Counted from the first letter of the stretch, positions 27,901 through 37,055 are shown. The stretch: 64,000 nucleotides of DNA from Collinsella sp. (GCA_019414445.1 DXMA01000009.1:2670-66669), one strand, 5' to 3'. Made by a program: numbers and translations. The notes: generated from the sequence alone by a model not told the origin.

Positions 27901-29759
27901 TTGGCTTTGCGGTCTTTGCCGAGGATTCGCTCGCGCACCTGGTAAAGCCTGAGCGTCCGATTCGCGTCGTCGACCAGTGGATGTACCACAGCCGCCTGTA
28001 TGCCGTCGCCCGTTTTGTGACGATGCGCAACGACCTGGATCTGATCCAGCTCAATTCCTTCGGCTGTGGCCTGGACGCTCTGACCACCGACCAGGTGCAG
28101 GAAATCCTTGAGGCCAGCGGCAAGATCTACACCGTGCTCAAGATCGACGAGGTGTCCAACCTGGGCGCTGCGCGCATCCGCATCCGCTCGCTCATGGCGG
28201 CGCTCAAGGACCAGGAGGCCGAGCGCTTGGCCGAGGCTACGGCAGCGGGCGAGGCCTACGAGCAGGGCGACGCCGCGCCGGTGGCACCCTCCATGGATGC
28301 TCCCGCATTCGCGAGCCGCAAGTACACGTTCGAGGCGCAGCGTGAGAGCGCCTCGACCGCATGGCCCAAGGTGCCCTTTACCGAGCAGATGCGCGAGGAG
28401 GGTTACACCATCCTGTGCCCGCAGATGGCGCCGATCCACTTTGACCTGGTCAAAGAGGTGTTCCGCGGTGCCGGCTACAACCTGGAGCTGCTGCCCTCGA
28501 CTGACCACGATGCCGTCGAGGCCGGTCTGCGCTATGTGAACAACGACATCTGCTATCCGTCGATCCTGGTGACGGGTCAGATCATGGAGGCCATCGAGAG
28601 CGGTCGGTACGACCTGTCCAAGACAGCCGTGGTCATCAGCCAGACCGGCGGTGGCTGCCGTGCCACCAACTACATCGCGCTTATCCGCAAGGCCCTGCGC
28701 GAGAGCGGCCACCCCGAGATTCCGGTGATCTCGCTTTCGGCCGTGGCGCTGGGCGAGGACAACCCCGGCTTTAAGATTACGCCGGCGATGCTTAAGCAGG
28801 CAGTCTACGCGGTGCTCTTTGGCGACGTGATGATGCAGATGCTCTATCGTTGCCGCCCGTACGAGGCAACGCCCGGTGCGGCGAACGCACTCTACGAGGA
28901 GTACATGGCGCGCGCCCGCAAGCTGGCGCCCAAGTTCAACAGGCATAACTACACCAAGCTGTGCCGCGAGGCCATCCGCGCGTTCGACTCCATGCCGCTC
29001 GTGGGCGAGGGCACCAAGCCGCGCGTGGGCGTGGTCGGCGAGATCTTGGTCAAGTTCCATCCCACGGCCAACAACCACGTGGTCGACGTTATCGAGCGCG
29101 AGGGCTGCGAGGCCGTGGTGCCGGGCCTGCTCGACTTCTTCCTGTACTCCATGAGCAACGCCGAGCTGCAGAAGGACGAGCTGGGAAGCTCTCCCACTAC
29201 GCGCGCGGGCATGCAGGCGCTCATCAAGCTGGTGGACTGGATGCGCACGCCGGTGGAGGAGATGCTCGAGAAGTCCCGCCGCTTTGAGGCGCCCGAGCGC
29301 ATCGGCACCATGGCCGACAAGGCCCGCACAGTGCTTTCGGTGTGCAACAACATGGGCGAGGGCTGGCTGCTCACGGCCGAGATGCTCGACCTGATCGATC
29401 ACGGTGCGCCCAACATCATCTGCACGCAGCCCTTCGCGTGCCTGCCCAATCACGTGGTGGGCAAGGCCGTAATCAAGGAGCTGCGCCGCCAACATCCCGA
29501 GAGCAACATCGTCGCGGTGGACTACGACCCCGGCGCGTCCGAGGTCAACCAGCTCAACCGTATTAAGCTCATGATCAGCGTGGCCAAGGAGAACATGCGC
29601 GCCGGTAAGGGCTTTAAGCTCGAGAAGGTGGCGCCGCTCGCGATGGACGAGGTCACCGGCCAGATGCGTGCTCATGACGGCTGTGTGAGCTGCGGGCCGG
29701 CCAGCGAGGAGGCCGTGGCATCGGTCGCCGAGCGCCTGGGACGCGGCATTAAGAAGTAA
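24969..29759 (+). CDS. Large 2-hydroxyacyl-CoA dehydratase activase-related fusion (two BcrAD/BadFG ASKHA domains + DUF2229 + C-terminal dehydratase-like domain)
   Basis: GIDVGSTTVK/ELGGEDAK/MNGTCAGGTG/CGVFA and GIDAGSTT/DIGGQDMK/NEACSSGCG/CTVF; GIPRALN, CYPAK..HGH, SFGCGLD, GGCRA.NY, QPFACLPNH. Confidence 0.88.
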   Translation: MSKLVEGIKDRMVAAAREAAPAVVDAAQKAATAAAEKVAEAVADAKNAAGETLTADAATPNVAESVTATAAHAPEGAIFNPEAARGNLHLGIDVGSTTVKLAVLNDDNQIVYAKYQRHHTDVRACARDLFEGAATVLPTAQMTCAITGSGGLLLSQWLDLEFVQEVIASKRAVETLIPATDVAIELGGEDAKIIYFDNGIEQRMNGTCAGGTGAFIDQMATLLHTDASGLNELAANATTIYPIASRCGVFAKTDVQPLLNEGARPEDVAASIFQAVVTQTISGLACGRPIRGNVAFLGGPLQYLSELRHRFYLTLNLDEEHRIVPQNAHLFVASGAAMAHESNKLSTFPQLIEAIDSLGDTQGAEVERLDPLFATDEDFAEFKNRHDQEVVPKGKLDGYTGRVFIGIDAGSTTMKAALVGEDGQLLHTWYGNNNGDILGTAKVIMADFYNHIPAGCTIGHVTTTGYGEALLIEALKADSGEIETVAHLRGAKAFLPGVEFILDIGGQDMKCLRVKDGVIEHIMLNEACSSGCGSFIESFAVSMNMDVRAFADAAIHAKAPVDLGSRCTVFMNSRVKQAQKEGATVGDIAAGLSYSVIKNALFKVIKLRDPKEIGSQVIVQGGTFMSDATLRAFEQLTGVHAVRPDIAGCMGAYGAALLARDRAGADGTSTILSAEDIAHLTVTQKHVRCGRCSNNCQLTVNDFGGGRRFITGNRCEKGAGHKKQKTEAPNLFKKKNELLFNREVLSPDEAPRGTVGIPRALNMYENYPFWHAFFTRLGFSVQLSDQSSKKTYQAGIESMPSESVCYPAKMSHGHVMNLIDRDVDFIWMPCVRWERKEDPTAGNCYNCPIVMSYPTALALNIDEIREQNIEFLYPFVPYHDKTELKRRLYQVLAVDRVADAQAGRGRVRGPKITRSEVDAAVNAAFEADARFHEDIQTMGEEALKWVEDHGGHGIVLAGRPYHNDPEINHALPELISSFGFAVFAEDSLAHLVKPERPIRVVDQWMYHSRLYAVARFVTMRNDLDLIQLNSFGCGLDALTTDQVQEILEASGKIYTVLKIDEVSNLGAARIRIRSLMAALKDQEAERLAEATAAGEAYEQGDAAPVAPSMDAPAFASRKYTFEAQRESASTAWPKVPFTEQMREEGYTILCPQMAPIHFDLVKEVFRGAGYNLELLPSTDHDAVEAGLRYVNNDICYPSILVTGQIMEAIESGRYDLSKTAVVISQTGGGCRATNYIALIRKALRESGHPEIPVISLSAVALGEDNPGFKITPAMLKQAVYAVLFGDVMMQMLYRCRPYEATPGAANALYEEYMARARKLAPKFNRHNYTKLCREAIRAFDSMPLVGEGTKPRVGVVGEILVKFHPTANNHVVDVIEREGCEAVVPGLLDFFLYSMSNAELQKDELGSSPTTRAGMQALIKLVDWMRTPVEEMLEKSRRFEAPERIGTMADKARTVLSVCNNMGEGWLLTAEMLDLIDHGAPNIICTQPFACLPNHVVGKAVIKELRRQHPESNIVAVDYDPGASEVNQLNRIKLMISVAKENMRAGKGFKLEKVAPLAMDEVTGQMRAHDGCVSCGPASEEAVASVAERLGRGIKK

Positions 29760-29787
29760 CTGGCCTGCTATGGGCTAGATATGGGAC

Positions 29788-29825
29788 AAACGGGTGGCAG
29801 CCGTACCGGTTACCACCCGTTTTTG
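29788..29825 (+). terminator. Intrinsic terminator
   Basis: AAACGGGTGGCA...TACCACCCGTTTTT after the stop. Confidence 0.7.
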
Positions 29826-29876
29826 CTGGACATCTGTTGCGTAAACGGTCCAACTATCACCCCCTGCGAACTTGGA

Positions 29877-30007
29877 TTTCGGAAGTATGCGGCAAAATTT
29901 GAATAGGCCGAGCACACTGGATATGCCCAAGCTTTGTACCTGCGGTTTTATTGGTGAAAAACCGGGGTGTGCTCGAGGGCTCCGGAATTTGCCGCATACT
30001 TCCGAAA
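29877..30007. repeat. Perfect 20-bp inverted repeat pair
   Basis: TTTCGGAAGTATGCGGCAAA ... TTTGCCGCATACTTCCGAAA. Confidence 0.85.
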
Positions 30008-30241
30008 ACAACGTCTCGGTGGCACCAAAAATTGCCTCCAGAACCCTGAGATAATGAACATATTGTAGCCGTTCGCCGCAAATTATCGTCCGTTCATGGA
30101 ACCTATCTCCAACGAGTTGTAACCATATGGTTTGATGTTGAAAACATATGATTGCCGGCAGGCCATAGGTGACGTTCCCCCTGATATCGGAGGTTCCAGG
30201 TATGTTTCGCGCTCCGTTTAATAACTATCGGTTGGGCTAAC

Positions 30242-30691
30242 ATGGGTCGCCGTGCTATTTCGATAACCCTTGCAGTGGTCTGCCTGGCTGTGCTCTTAGG
30301 CGCTACGGGGCTGTTTGCTATAAGTCGAGAAACATCCTATATGCAGGAATGTGCTTCCGAAGGCTTTGTCATTGATGGTTACTATCGGGATGACAAAACG
30401 AGTCGGGAAACCCTGGCTTTTCTTGAGGAGGACAACTGTCGATGGCAGCTGGTCGACCAAGACGGAATCTGCACAGACGGGCAGTTTAAGCGTACGGATG
30501 ACCCCAACATCCTGATATTAAAGAAGGAAAACGGTGAAGAATTCGGTACGGTCCACGTGGCGTACTTGTCACGCCGACGCGATCAGGGCTTGCTCTACCT
30601 ATTTAGAGATACCAGGGTGACCCGTTTTTATCTGGTGAGTACCGGTCCGGCGTTTACGGTGGAGTCTGGCGATGTCGATGCGGACAGTTGA
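30242..30691 (+). CDS. Hypothetical protein with N-terminal membrane anchor/signal
   Basis: 149-aa ORF, hydrophobic N-terminus, visibly more AT-rich than neighbours. Confidence 0.6.
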   Translation: MGRRAISITLAVVCLAVLLGATGLFAISRETSYMQECASEGFVIDGYYRDDKTSRETLAFLEEDNCRWQLVDQDGICTDGQFKRTDDPNILILKKENGEEFGTVHVAYLSRRRDQGLLYLFRDTRVTRFYLVSTGPAFTVESGDVDADS

Positions 30692-30819
30692 TTCACGGCA
30701 ATAAAACAGCGAGCGGGGCACGGACATGAATCGCGCCCCGCTTTTTTGCTCGCGGCCTGCGTCGCGTCTGCGCCTCGTTCCGACTCGCGCCCGTGCGCGC
30801 ATCCATCTCACATCCCGCA

Positions 30820-31959
30820 TCACTTCACATCGAACTCCACGCGATCGAGTTCGGGCACGTTGAGGTCGATGAGCTTGCGGGCAACGCGGCGGTCGTGCGC
30901 CCCAAGCGTCTCGCTTGTCGTCACATGGGCGACAATCTCGCGCTCGACGATACCCTCCTCCTCGCCTTCGGTGGTCGAGGTCTCGACGGCGACGGTGTAA
31001 TCCTTAAAGCCTGGCAGCACCGCCGCAAGCTCGCGCGTGGTTTCGGTGACGCCGTAGCCGTCCTGCACGCCGGCTTGCGCCGAGCCAATAGACCCCGTCG
31101 TCATAACGATGCAGGGGATGGCAAAGACTACCGTGCCCACAATGATGCGGCGGCGCACCTTGCGCGATAGCTCGTCGACCTCGGCGTTTTCTTCAGCAGT
31201 CACAATACCGTCGCCGTTCAGGTCGCGCTTGAGCGGCACGCGCAAAAGAAGCAGAACGGCTTCGGCCGCCAGCGCGATAAAGACGACGTTGATGCCAAAC
31301 TCATAAAGCGCCGAGAGAAACAGTGGCCCGCTTGCGATGGCGATGCCATAGCCCGCCGCGCACAGGGGCGGCATGAGCGCGGTCGCCACGGCCACGCCGG
31401 CGATGAGCGTGGCGGGTTCCTGGTCGCGCGAGTTGCCCAGTCCGCCCGCAAAGCCGCCCGCGAGCGCGACGGCAAGGTCCCACACAGTCGGTGTCGAGTT
31501 GTCGATGATGGCGGCCGTGGTGGTGCCAAGGGGCGAGAGCTTAAAGTACAGCGTGGACGTGATTAGACAAAAGACCATCTGCAGCGCGAGGCCGGCAATT
31601 GCCTCGACGGCAATCTCGCGGTCGAGCGTGGCGATGCCGTATGCCATGGCAAGGACCGAGCCCATGAGCGGACAGATGAGCATGGCGCCCACGATGGCAA
31701 TGTCCGAGTCGATATCGAGGCCGATGCTCGCGATCAACATGGCAATGATCAGGATGCATAAGTGCGAGCCAGTCAGGCGCGCCCCGTTTACAAAGCGCTT
31801 GCGAATCACGTGATAGGGCGCGCGTCCCTCGCGTATGTTGAACGCCTGCTTAAGGAAACGGGCGGCATTCTCCATGGCCTCGCTGTGTGCAGGGCGTATA
31901 CCGTGACGACGATGATGACGCTCGCGCAGCCGCTTGATCTGTTGTTTGTCGAGTTCCAT
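30820..31959 (-). CDS. DUF389 / TIGR00341 family membrane protein
   Basis: IASIGL..DS...IVGAMLICPLMG, PTVWDL.VAL.GG.AG, IAGVAVATALMPPLC.AGYG. Confidence 0.9.
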   Translation of the reverse strand: MELDKQQIKRLRERHHRRHGIRPAHSEAMENAARFLKQAFNIREGRAPYHVIRKRFVNGARLTGSHLCILIIAMLIASIGLDIDSDIAIVGAMLICPLMGSVLAMAYGIATLDREIAVEAIAGLALQMVFCLITSTLYFKLSPLGTTTAAIIDNSTPTVWDLAVALAGGFAGGLGNSRDQEPATLIAGVAVATALMPPLCAAGYGIAIASGPLFLSALYEFGINVVFIALAAEAVLLLLRVPLKRDLNGDGIVTAEENAEVDELSRKVRRRIIVGTVVFAIPCIVMTTGSIGSAQAGVQDGYGVTETTRELAAVLPGFKDYTVAVETSTTEGEEEGIVEREIVAHVTTSETLGAHDRRVARKLIDLNVPELDRVEFDVK

Positions 31960-32174
31960 GCTTACCTCGTTTAGCTTCTGAGCCGCTTCTTGCGTCTGTC
32001 GTCTTTACTCTACACCGCGTTAGGCGAGGTGTCAGACAAGGTTTGTTGACCTGGAAGTCAGGACAATCGACATGGCTAAAACGCCGTGAGGATCATAAGA
32101 GTCAAATAGACAAAAAAGCGCGGGGCCGGTTTGATTCCGACCCCGCGCTCTGCGCTGGTGCGTTGTTGTTCGGC

Positions 32175-33878
32175 CTACCCCAGCAGGCTCAGACCAACAG
32201 AGACAAACGCCAGGATAACGCCGACGATGGACTCGCCGCCGAGCAGGCCGCTGGCGACGACCAGGCCTTGCTCCTGGAAGGCGGCATCCTTGGAGGCCTT
32301 CTCCTCGTCCGAAAGACCGGCAGCGGCGTCGCGGCGTGCGGCCCACTTGTCGTAGGCGAGCTTGGCGCAGGAGCCCAAGAAGGCCGTGAGCGACATGTAG
32401 AACGGCAGGTACACGCCCAGGCCGATCATCATGGCCGGAATGCCGAGCCAGTACATGACGATGCCGGCGATAAAGCCGCCTGCGAACCACGGCACGCTCG
32501 GGATGCCCGAGACCATGGTGGCGACGACGCTTGCCTGCGCGGCCACAAAGCTCTTGTCGGGGCCGAAAGCATCCGGACCATAGGCGGTGACAAGCGCGAC
32601 CATGACGGCAGCGGCGACCAGGGCGCCCACGATGCCGCCGATGGCCTGGCCGATCCACTGCGCACGCGGATTGGTGCCCAGCACGGCGCCGGCCTTAAAG
32701 TCGTTCATGACGTCGCCCGCAAGGCCGCATGCCACGGCCACGATGCCGGCGATAAAGAACAGCTTGACCTGGGCGATCTGTGCGAAGGCAGCCACGATGA
32801 GCATGACGATGAGGCCGAAGATCTCCATGGGGTCGATGCCCGTCTGGCCGCAGCTCTGCGCGCTCATGATGGTGGTGACAAAGGTGAACAGCGTGACGAT
32901 GACGGCCGGGACGGGGCCAAGGTCGAGCGCGATGGCGACGATCACGGCGATGGCGGCAGTACCCAGGCCGATGATGCCGGCGTCGAGCTTAAGCGAGCCC
33001 GAGATGAGCGACTGCTCGTCGGTGTCGCTGGAGCTGTCGGCGGCGAGGCCGCGGGCGATGCCGGCGACCTGCGGCAGGATGTCCTTGAGGACGACGGCGA
33101 CGCCAAAGCCCATCATGAGGCCCATGCCGAGCGATTTGACGATGCCCTGCGCAGTCACAACGTCGAATAGACCGGCAGCGGTGCCGCCCACGATGATGCC
33201 AAAGTTACCTAGCAGCGCGCCGGCAAACCAGAAGGCAACCGGGGCGAAGCCAACCAAAAAGCCGATGGAGAGCAGCATGGGCGAGTTATAGATGGCAAAG
33301 GTCACGCCGGGGATATTGAGCGTGCACAGCATGCTGGGCACCACGCCCAGAGCGTCGCGAAGCACGCTGTAGATGCCTGCGATGGCCATGGAGCCAAAGA
33401 GCTGCTTGCCGGTCTTGCCGCCGGCCTCGGTGGCGCGCAGTGTCTGAGCTGCGGCATTGCCGGTGGGAAACTCCAGCGCGGCGTCCACGATAAAGTGGCG
33501 GTGGATGAGCGCCGTTGCCAGCAGGCCCAAGATGGTGCCGGCGAGTGCCACGATAAACATGTCGAGCCAGCTGATCTGGTCGGCATAGCCCAGCATCCAG
33601 GCGCCCGGGATGGTAAACGCCAGGCCGCCGGCGACCATGGCGCCCGCGGACATGATGGTGTGGGTGACGTTGGCCTCGTTGAGGCTGGCGTCACCCATGA
33701 GCTTCAGGAAGAACAGCGAGATGACGGCAGCGAAAATAATCGGCCAGGGGAGGGCGCCCATCTTGAGGGCGGTATAGGCCGAGCTTGCCGTGATGATTAC
33801 GCAGCCAAGGACGCCGATGACGACGCCGCGCAGCGTGAGTTGCCCGCGCATCGAGGCGCGGTTCGAGGGATTGCTCAT
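32175..33878 (-). CDS. OPT/YSL family oligopeptide transporter
   Basis: QLTLRG, Y.ALK.G, E.N..HT..SAG, L.FP.G.A.A, DVMNDFKAG, ASGLLGGES..GV. Confidence 0.9.
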   Translation of the reverse strand: MSNPSNRASMRGQLTLRGVVIGVLGCVIITASSAYTALKMGALPWPIIFAAVISLFFLKLMGDASLNEANVTHTIMSAGAMVAGGLAFTIPGAWMLGYADQISWLDMFIVALAGTILGLLATALIHRHFIVDAALEFPTGNAAAQTLRATEAGGKTGKQLFGSMAIAGIYSVLRDALGVVPSMLCTLNIPGVTFAIYNSPMLLSIGFLVGFAPVAFWFAGALLGNFGIIVGGTAAGLFDVVTAQGIVKSLGMGLMMGFGVAVVLKDILPQVAGIARGLAADSSSDTDEQSLISGSLKLDAGIIGLGTAAIAVIVAIALDLGPVPAVIVTLFTFVTTIMSAQSCGQTGIDPMEIFGLIVMLIVAAFAQIAQVKLFFIAGIVAVACGLAGDVMNDFKAGAVLGTNPRAQWIGQAIGGIVGALVAAAVMVALVTAYGPDAFGPDKSFVAAQASVVATMVSGIPSVPWFAGGFIAGIVMYWLGIPAMMIGLGVYLPFYMSLTAFLGSCAKLAYDKWAARRDAAAGLSDEEKASKDAAFQEQGLVVASGLLGGESIVGVILAFVSVGLSLLG

Positions 33879-34070
33879 ATAGAACTCCTTTGCGTATATC
33901 CGCTTCCCCCGGGAGCGCCGCTACGGATACGGCGCGGGAAGTCGGGTTACCAAGGGCCGCCGCGTGAGCTCGCGCGCGACCGCGCACCAGTATAGCCGCA
34001 AGCTAGTCATTTTGGGATGACTGGTTTAGGTAGGCGATATACTGCTGGACAGACGAAAGGAGCGCCGACG

Positions 34071-34922
34071 ATGCTTAATGGGTGCGCATATATATTGACG
34101 GTCGACGTGGGCAACACGTTCATTCGCTTTGGCCTGTTTGCCGAGGATTCGGCCGCGGCGCAGGAGCGCCCGCTCGCGACGTGCGAGATCACGACGCCGG
34201 TCCGTATTACGGCCGACGAAGCGCGCATGCGACTTGTGCAGGTCATGGGCGCGCTCGCCGCCGATGCGGGGGTGCCCGGGGTGCTCGTACCCGCCGCGGC
34301 CGTGCTGAGCTGTGTGGTCCCGGCGCTCGAGCGCCCGTGGAAGGCGGCACTTTCCCGTACCTGCACGGGGCGCGTGCTCACTGTGGGGCCGGGCCTCAAG
34401 ACTGGCATACCTGTGCACTACGATGACCCGGCCGAGATCGGTCCCGACCGCATCGCCGACGCCGTGGCTGCCCGCGCTGTCTACGGCTCGCCGTGCATCG
34501 TGATTGACCTGGGCACCACGACCAATATCGAGGCCATCGACGCACACGGCACCTTTGTCGGCGGCGTTATCGCACCGGGGCTGGCGCTCGGCGCCCGTTC
34601 GCTCTCTGCCGCTGCGGCGCGCCTGCCTCAGGTTGAGCCCTCGGCGCCGACGCACGTCATCGGCCGCAACACGCGTGAGGCCATGCGCTCGGGCGTGGTT
34701 TTGGGCGAGGTGGCCCGCATCGACGGCATGCTCGACATGGTGCTCTCCGAGATGCGTGCGACCAAGGCCGCGGGGGAGGGCGATGTGCCCATCGTCATTA
34801 CCGGCGACGATGCCGAGGCACTTGCGGCCCTTGTCGGTCATAGCCTGACGGTCGATGACGCGTTGACGCTTCGGGGTCTCGCCGAGCTCTACCACATCAA
34901 CCAAAAGCCCCGTCGCGCGTAG
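34071..34922 (+). CDS. coaX: Type III pantothenate kinase
   Basis: VDVGNT, SCVVP, GPDR, IDLGT, GGVIAPG, GRNT..AM.SG. Confidence 0.92.
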   Translation: MLNGCAYILTVDVGNTFIRFGLFAEDSAAAQERPLATCEITTPVRITADEARMRLVQVMGALAADAGVPGVLVPAAAVLSCVVPALERPWKAALSRTCTGRVLTVGPGLKTGIPVHYDDPAEIGPDRIADAVAARAVYGSPCIVIDLGTTTNIEAIDAHGTFVGGVIAPGLALGARSLSAAAARLPQVEPSAPTHVIGRNTREAMRSGVVLGEVARIDGMLDMVLSEMRATKAAGEGDVPIVITGDDAEALAALVGHSLTVDDALTLRGLAELYHINQKPRRA

Positions 34923-35005
34923 CAATGGGGGCGGTGGGACAAAAACGTCTCCACCTTCCACCTGCTACAATGGGTCAAACTGTTGCGATTACGGAGGTGT
35001 CTGCC

Positions 35006-35530
35006 ATGTCGGACGATCTTCATCAAACTGCGTCGGGCAAGCGCCGCGACGTTATTAGCTGGGATGAGTTCTTTATGAGCGTGGCCATCGCCGCGCAGCG
35101 CCGCAGTAAGGACCCCAACACGCAGGTGGGCGCGTGCATCGCCAGCACCAACCACCGCATCCTTTCGGTGGGCTACAACGGTACGCCCTCGGCGCTCAAC
35201 GACGACTTTTTCCCGTGGGGCACGAGCGACGACCCGTTGCAGGATAAGCACAACTACGTGGTGCATGCCGAGGCCAACGCCGTGCTCAACTACCGCGGCT
35301 CGCTCAAGGACCTTGAGGACTCCACGGTCTACGTCACGCTGTTCCCGTGCCACGACTGCGCCAAGATCCTGGCGCAGGTGGGCGTGGGCGAGGTCGTCTA
35401 CCTGGACAATAAGTATGCCGACACCGATGACGGCCGTATCAGCCGCCGCATTCTCGACTCCTGCGGCATCAGCTACCGCCAGGTCATCGTCGATGTCCAG
35501 ATTGGTACCGGGGGACAGGCTCGGCAGTAA
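35006..35530 (+). CDS. dCMP deaminase (ComEB family)
   Basis: SWDEFFM, RSKDPNTQVGAC, GYNG, HAEANA, FPCHDC. Confidence 0.93.
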   Translation: MSDDLHQTASGKRRDVISWDEFFMSVAIAAQRRSKDPNTQVGACIASTNHRILSVGYNGTPSALNDDFFPWGTSDDPLQDKHNYVVHAEANAVLNYRGSLKDLEDSTVYVTLFPCHDCAKILAQVGVGEVVYLDNKYADTDDGRISRRILDSCGISYRQVIVDVQIGTGGQARQ

Positions 35531-35701
35531 TATGCGTTGTCGCTGTCTGACGACGAACACAGCTCAAAGAGCCCCGTTCCAAATTGACTACTCGTGAAGG
35601 TCGCGTCTGCGCGCATGGACGGCTCGTGAGCGGGTACATGGCTGTAGTAACATAGCTTCTGTCCGCGGGCGTGCCCGCGTTATTGTGAGAAAGGAGCCCC
35701 T

Positions 35702-35980
35702 GTGGCTGTTAACGAAGAGCTGCTTAAGAAGGTTCTTGAAGAGATTCGCCCCAACCTGCAGGCCGACGGCGGCGATATGGAGTATGTGGGCGTCGACGAC
35801 GAGGGTGTCGTCAAGCTGGAACTGCAGGGCGCCTGCGCCGGCTGCCCTATGAGTGCACTGACTCTGTCCATGGGTATCGAGCGCATCCTGAAGGAGCACG
35901 TGCCCGGCGTTACCCGCGTCGAGCAGGTCAATGCTTCCGGCGAGACCGACGACCTGTACGACGAGTACGCGCCGTTCTAA
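35702..35980 (+). CDS. NifU/NfuA C-terminal domain protein
   Basis: IRP.LQADGGD, LQGACAGCP; GTG start after AAGGAG. Confidence 0.93.
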   Translation: MAVNEELLKKVLEEIRPNLQADGGDMEYVGVDDEGVVKLELQGACAGCPMSALTLSMGIERILKEHVPGVTRVEQVNASGETDDLYDEYAPF

Positions 35981-36089
35981 GCTGCGAAAGCTGCGGACGA
36001 CATGCTCCGCATAGACGTTACGCCCAGATATGCTGCTGCGAGCGCAAGGCCCGCGGCCGCATTTGTATGTAGGGAGCAGGGGGATCGAT

Positions 36090-36911
36090 ATGCTCAACGA
36101 CCTCTACCATATGCTTGACCCCGTCGCGATCTCGGCGGGCCCCATCACGATCTACTGGTACGGTCTGGCCTATGTGGTCGGCGCCCTGCTTACGGCAGTC
36201 GTCATGTATCGCACGCAGCGCCGTTGGGGTTTCAACATCACGATCGATGACCTGACGAGTGTCGTGGTCGGCGCGGTCTTTGGCCTTATTATCGGCGCGC
36301 GCCTGTTCTACGTCGTCTTTTACGGTGATGGCTACTATTGGGCCCACCCGCTCGGGATCTTTGCCACCAACGAGGGCGGCATGAGCTTCCACGGTGGCCT
36401 GGTCGGCGGCATCTTGGGCGGCATCATCGTGTGCCGCATGTATAAGCTCGACGCCTGGACCATCGCCGACCTTGCCGTTATCGGTGCTCCGCTGGCGCTG
36501 TGCCTGGGACGCTGCGCCAACTTCGTGAACGGTGAGCTGTGGGGTAAGCCGACCGATCTGCCCTGGGGTGTGGTCTTTGGCGGCACCGCGGGCGATATGC
36601 CGCGCCATCCCTCCCAGCTCTACGAGGCGTTTCTTGAGGGCATCGTGCTCTTTTGCATCCTGCAGGTGCTCAGCCGCAAAAAACCGCTGCTGCCCCAGGG
36701 TACGTTTATGGGCGTCTTTGTGATGGGCTACGGCATCGTTCGCTTTTTGATTGAGTTTGTGCGCGTGCCCGATGCGCAGCTGGGCTATCTGCTGGGCGGC
36801 GTCATCACCATGGGTCAGCTGCTGAGCCTGCCGCTCGTAATCGCGGGCCTGGCACTCATCATCTTCGCCCGTCGCCGCAACCAGCCCCAGCGCGTCTACC
36901 TGGACGCCTAA
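36090..36911 (+). CDS. lgt: Prolipoprotein diacylglyceryl transferase
   Basis: WYG, GARLFY, GGMSFHGG, GR.ANF.NGELWG, HPSQLYE, E..R.PD, MGQLLS. Confidence 0.96.
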   Translation: MLNDLYHMLDPVAISAGPITIYWYGLAYVVGALLTAVVMYRTQRRWGFNITIDDLTSVVVGAVFGLIIGARLFYVVFYGDGYYWAHPLGIFATNEGGMSFHGGLVGGILGGIIVCRMYKLDAWTIADLAVIGAPLALCLGRCANFVNGELWGKPTDLPWGVVFGGTAGDMPRHPSQLYEAFLEGIVLFCILQVLSRKKPLLPQGTFMGVFVMGYGIVRFLIEFVRVPDAQLGYLLGGVITMGQLLSLPLVIAGLALIIFARRRNQPQRVYLDA

Positions 36912-36918
36912 CCACCAA

Positions 36919-36955
36919 AACCACCACAAAGGGGACAGGCACCTTTGTGGTGGTT
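36919..36955 (+). repeat. Dispersed palindromic repeat, family 2, copy B
   Basis: AACCACCACAAAGG-GGACAGGCA-CCTTTGTGGTGGTT. Confidence 0.88.
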
Positions 36956-36980
36956 CGCTGGGCAGCGATGACAGAACCGT

Positions 36981-37035
36981 AACGTTTTCCCAGATAAAAC
37001 CTGCCAAAATAAACCTGTCCCTTTTTAGCAGGTTT
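36981..37035 (-). repeat. Dispersed palindromic repeat, family 1, copy D
   Basis: Minus strand AAACCTGCTAAAAAGGGACAGGTTTATTTTGGCAGGTTTTATCTGGGAAAACGTT. Confidence 0.9.
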
Positions 37036-37055
37036 CTAGAAAGGCTTTTTGGACT

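Noticed and set aside
26553..29675. 1040-aa minus-strand ORF (also 24954-26531, 49219-50874, 61730-63544, 1492-2979, 344-1549 and similar)
   Set aside because: Antisense shadows of well-supported genes; expected with high GC3 codon bias; no recognisable motifs.
31190..31230. EF-hand/dockerin-like DLNGDGIVTAEE loop in the DUF389 protein
   Set aside because: A single short motif with no partner loop; too weak to call calcium binding.
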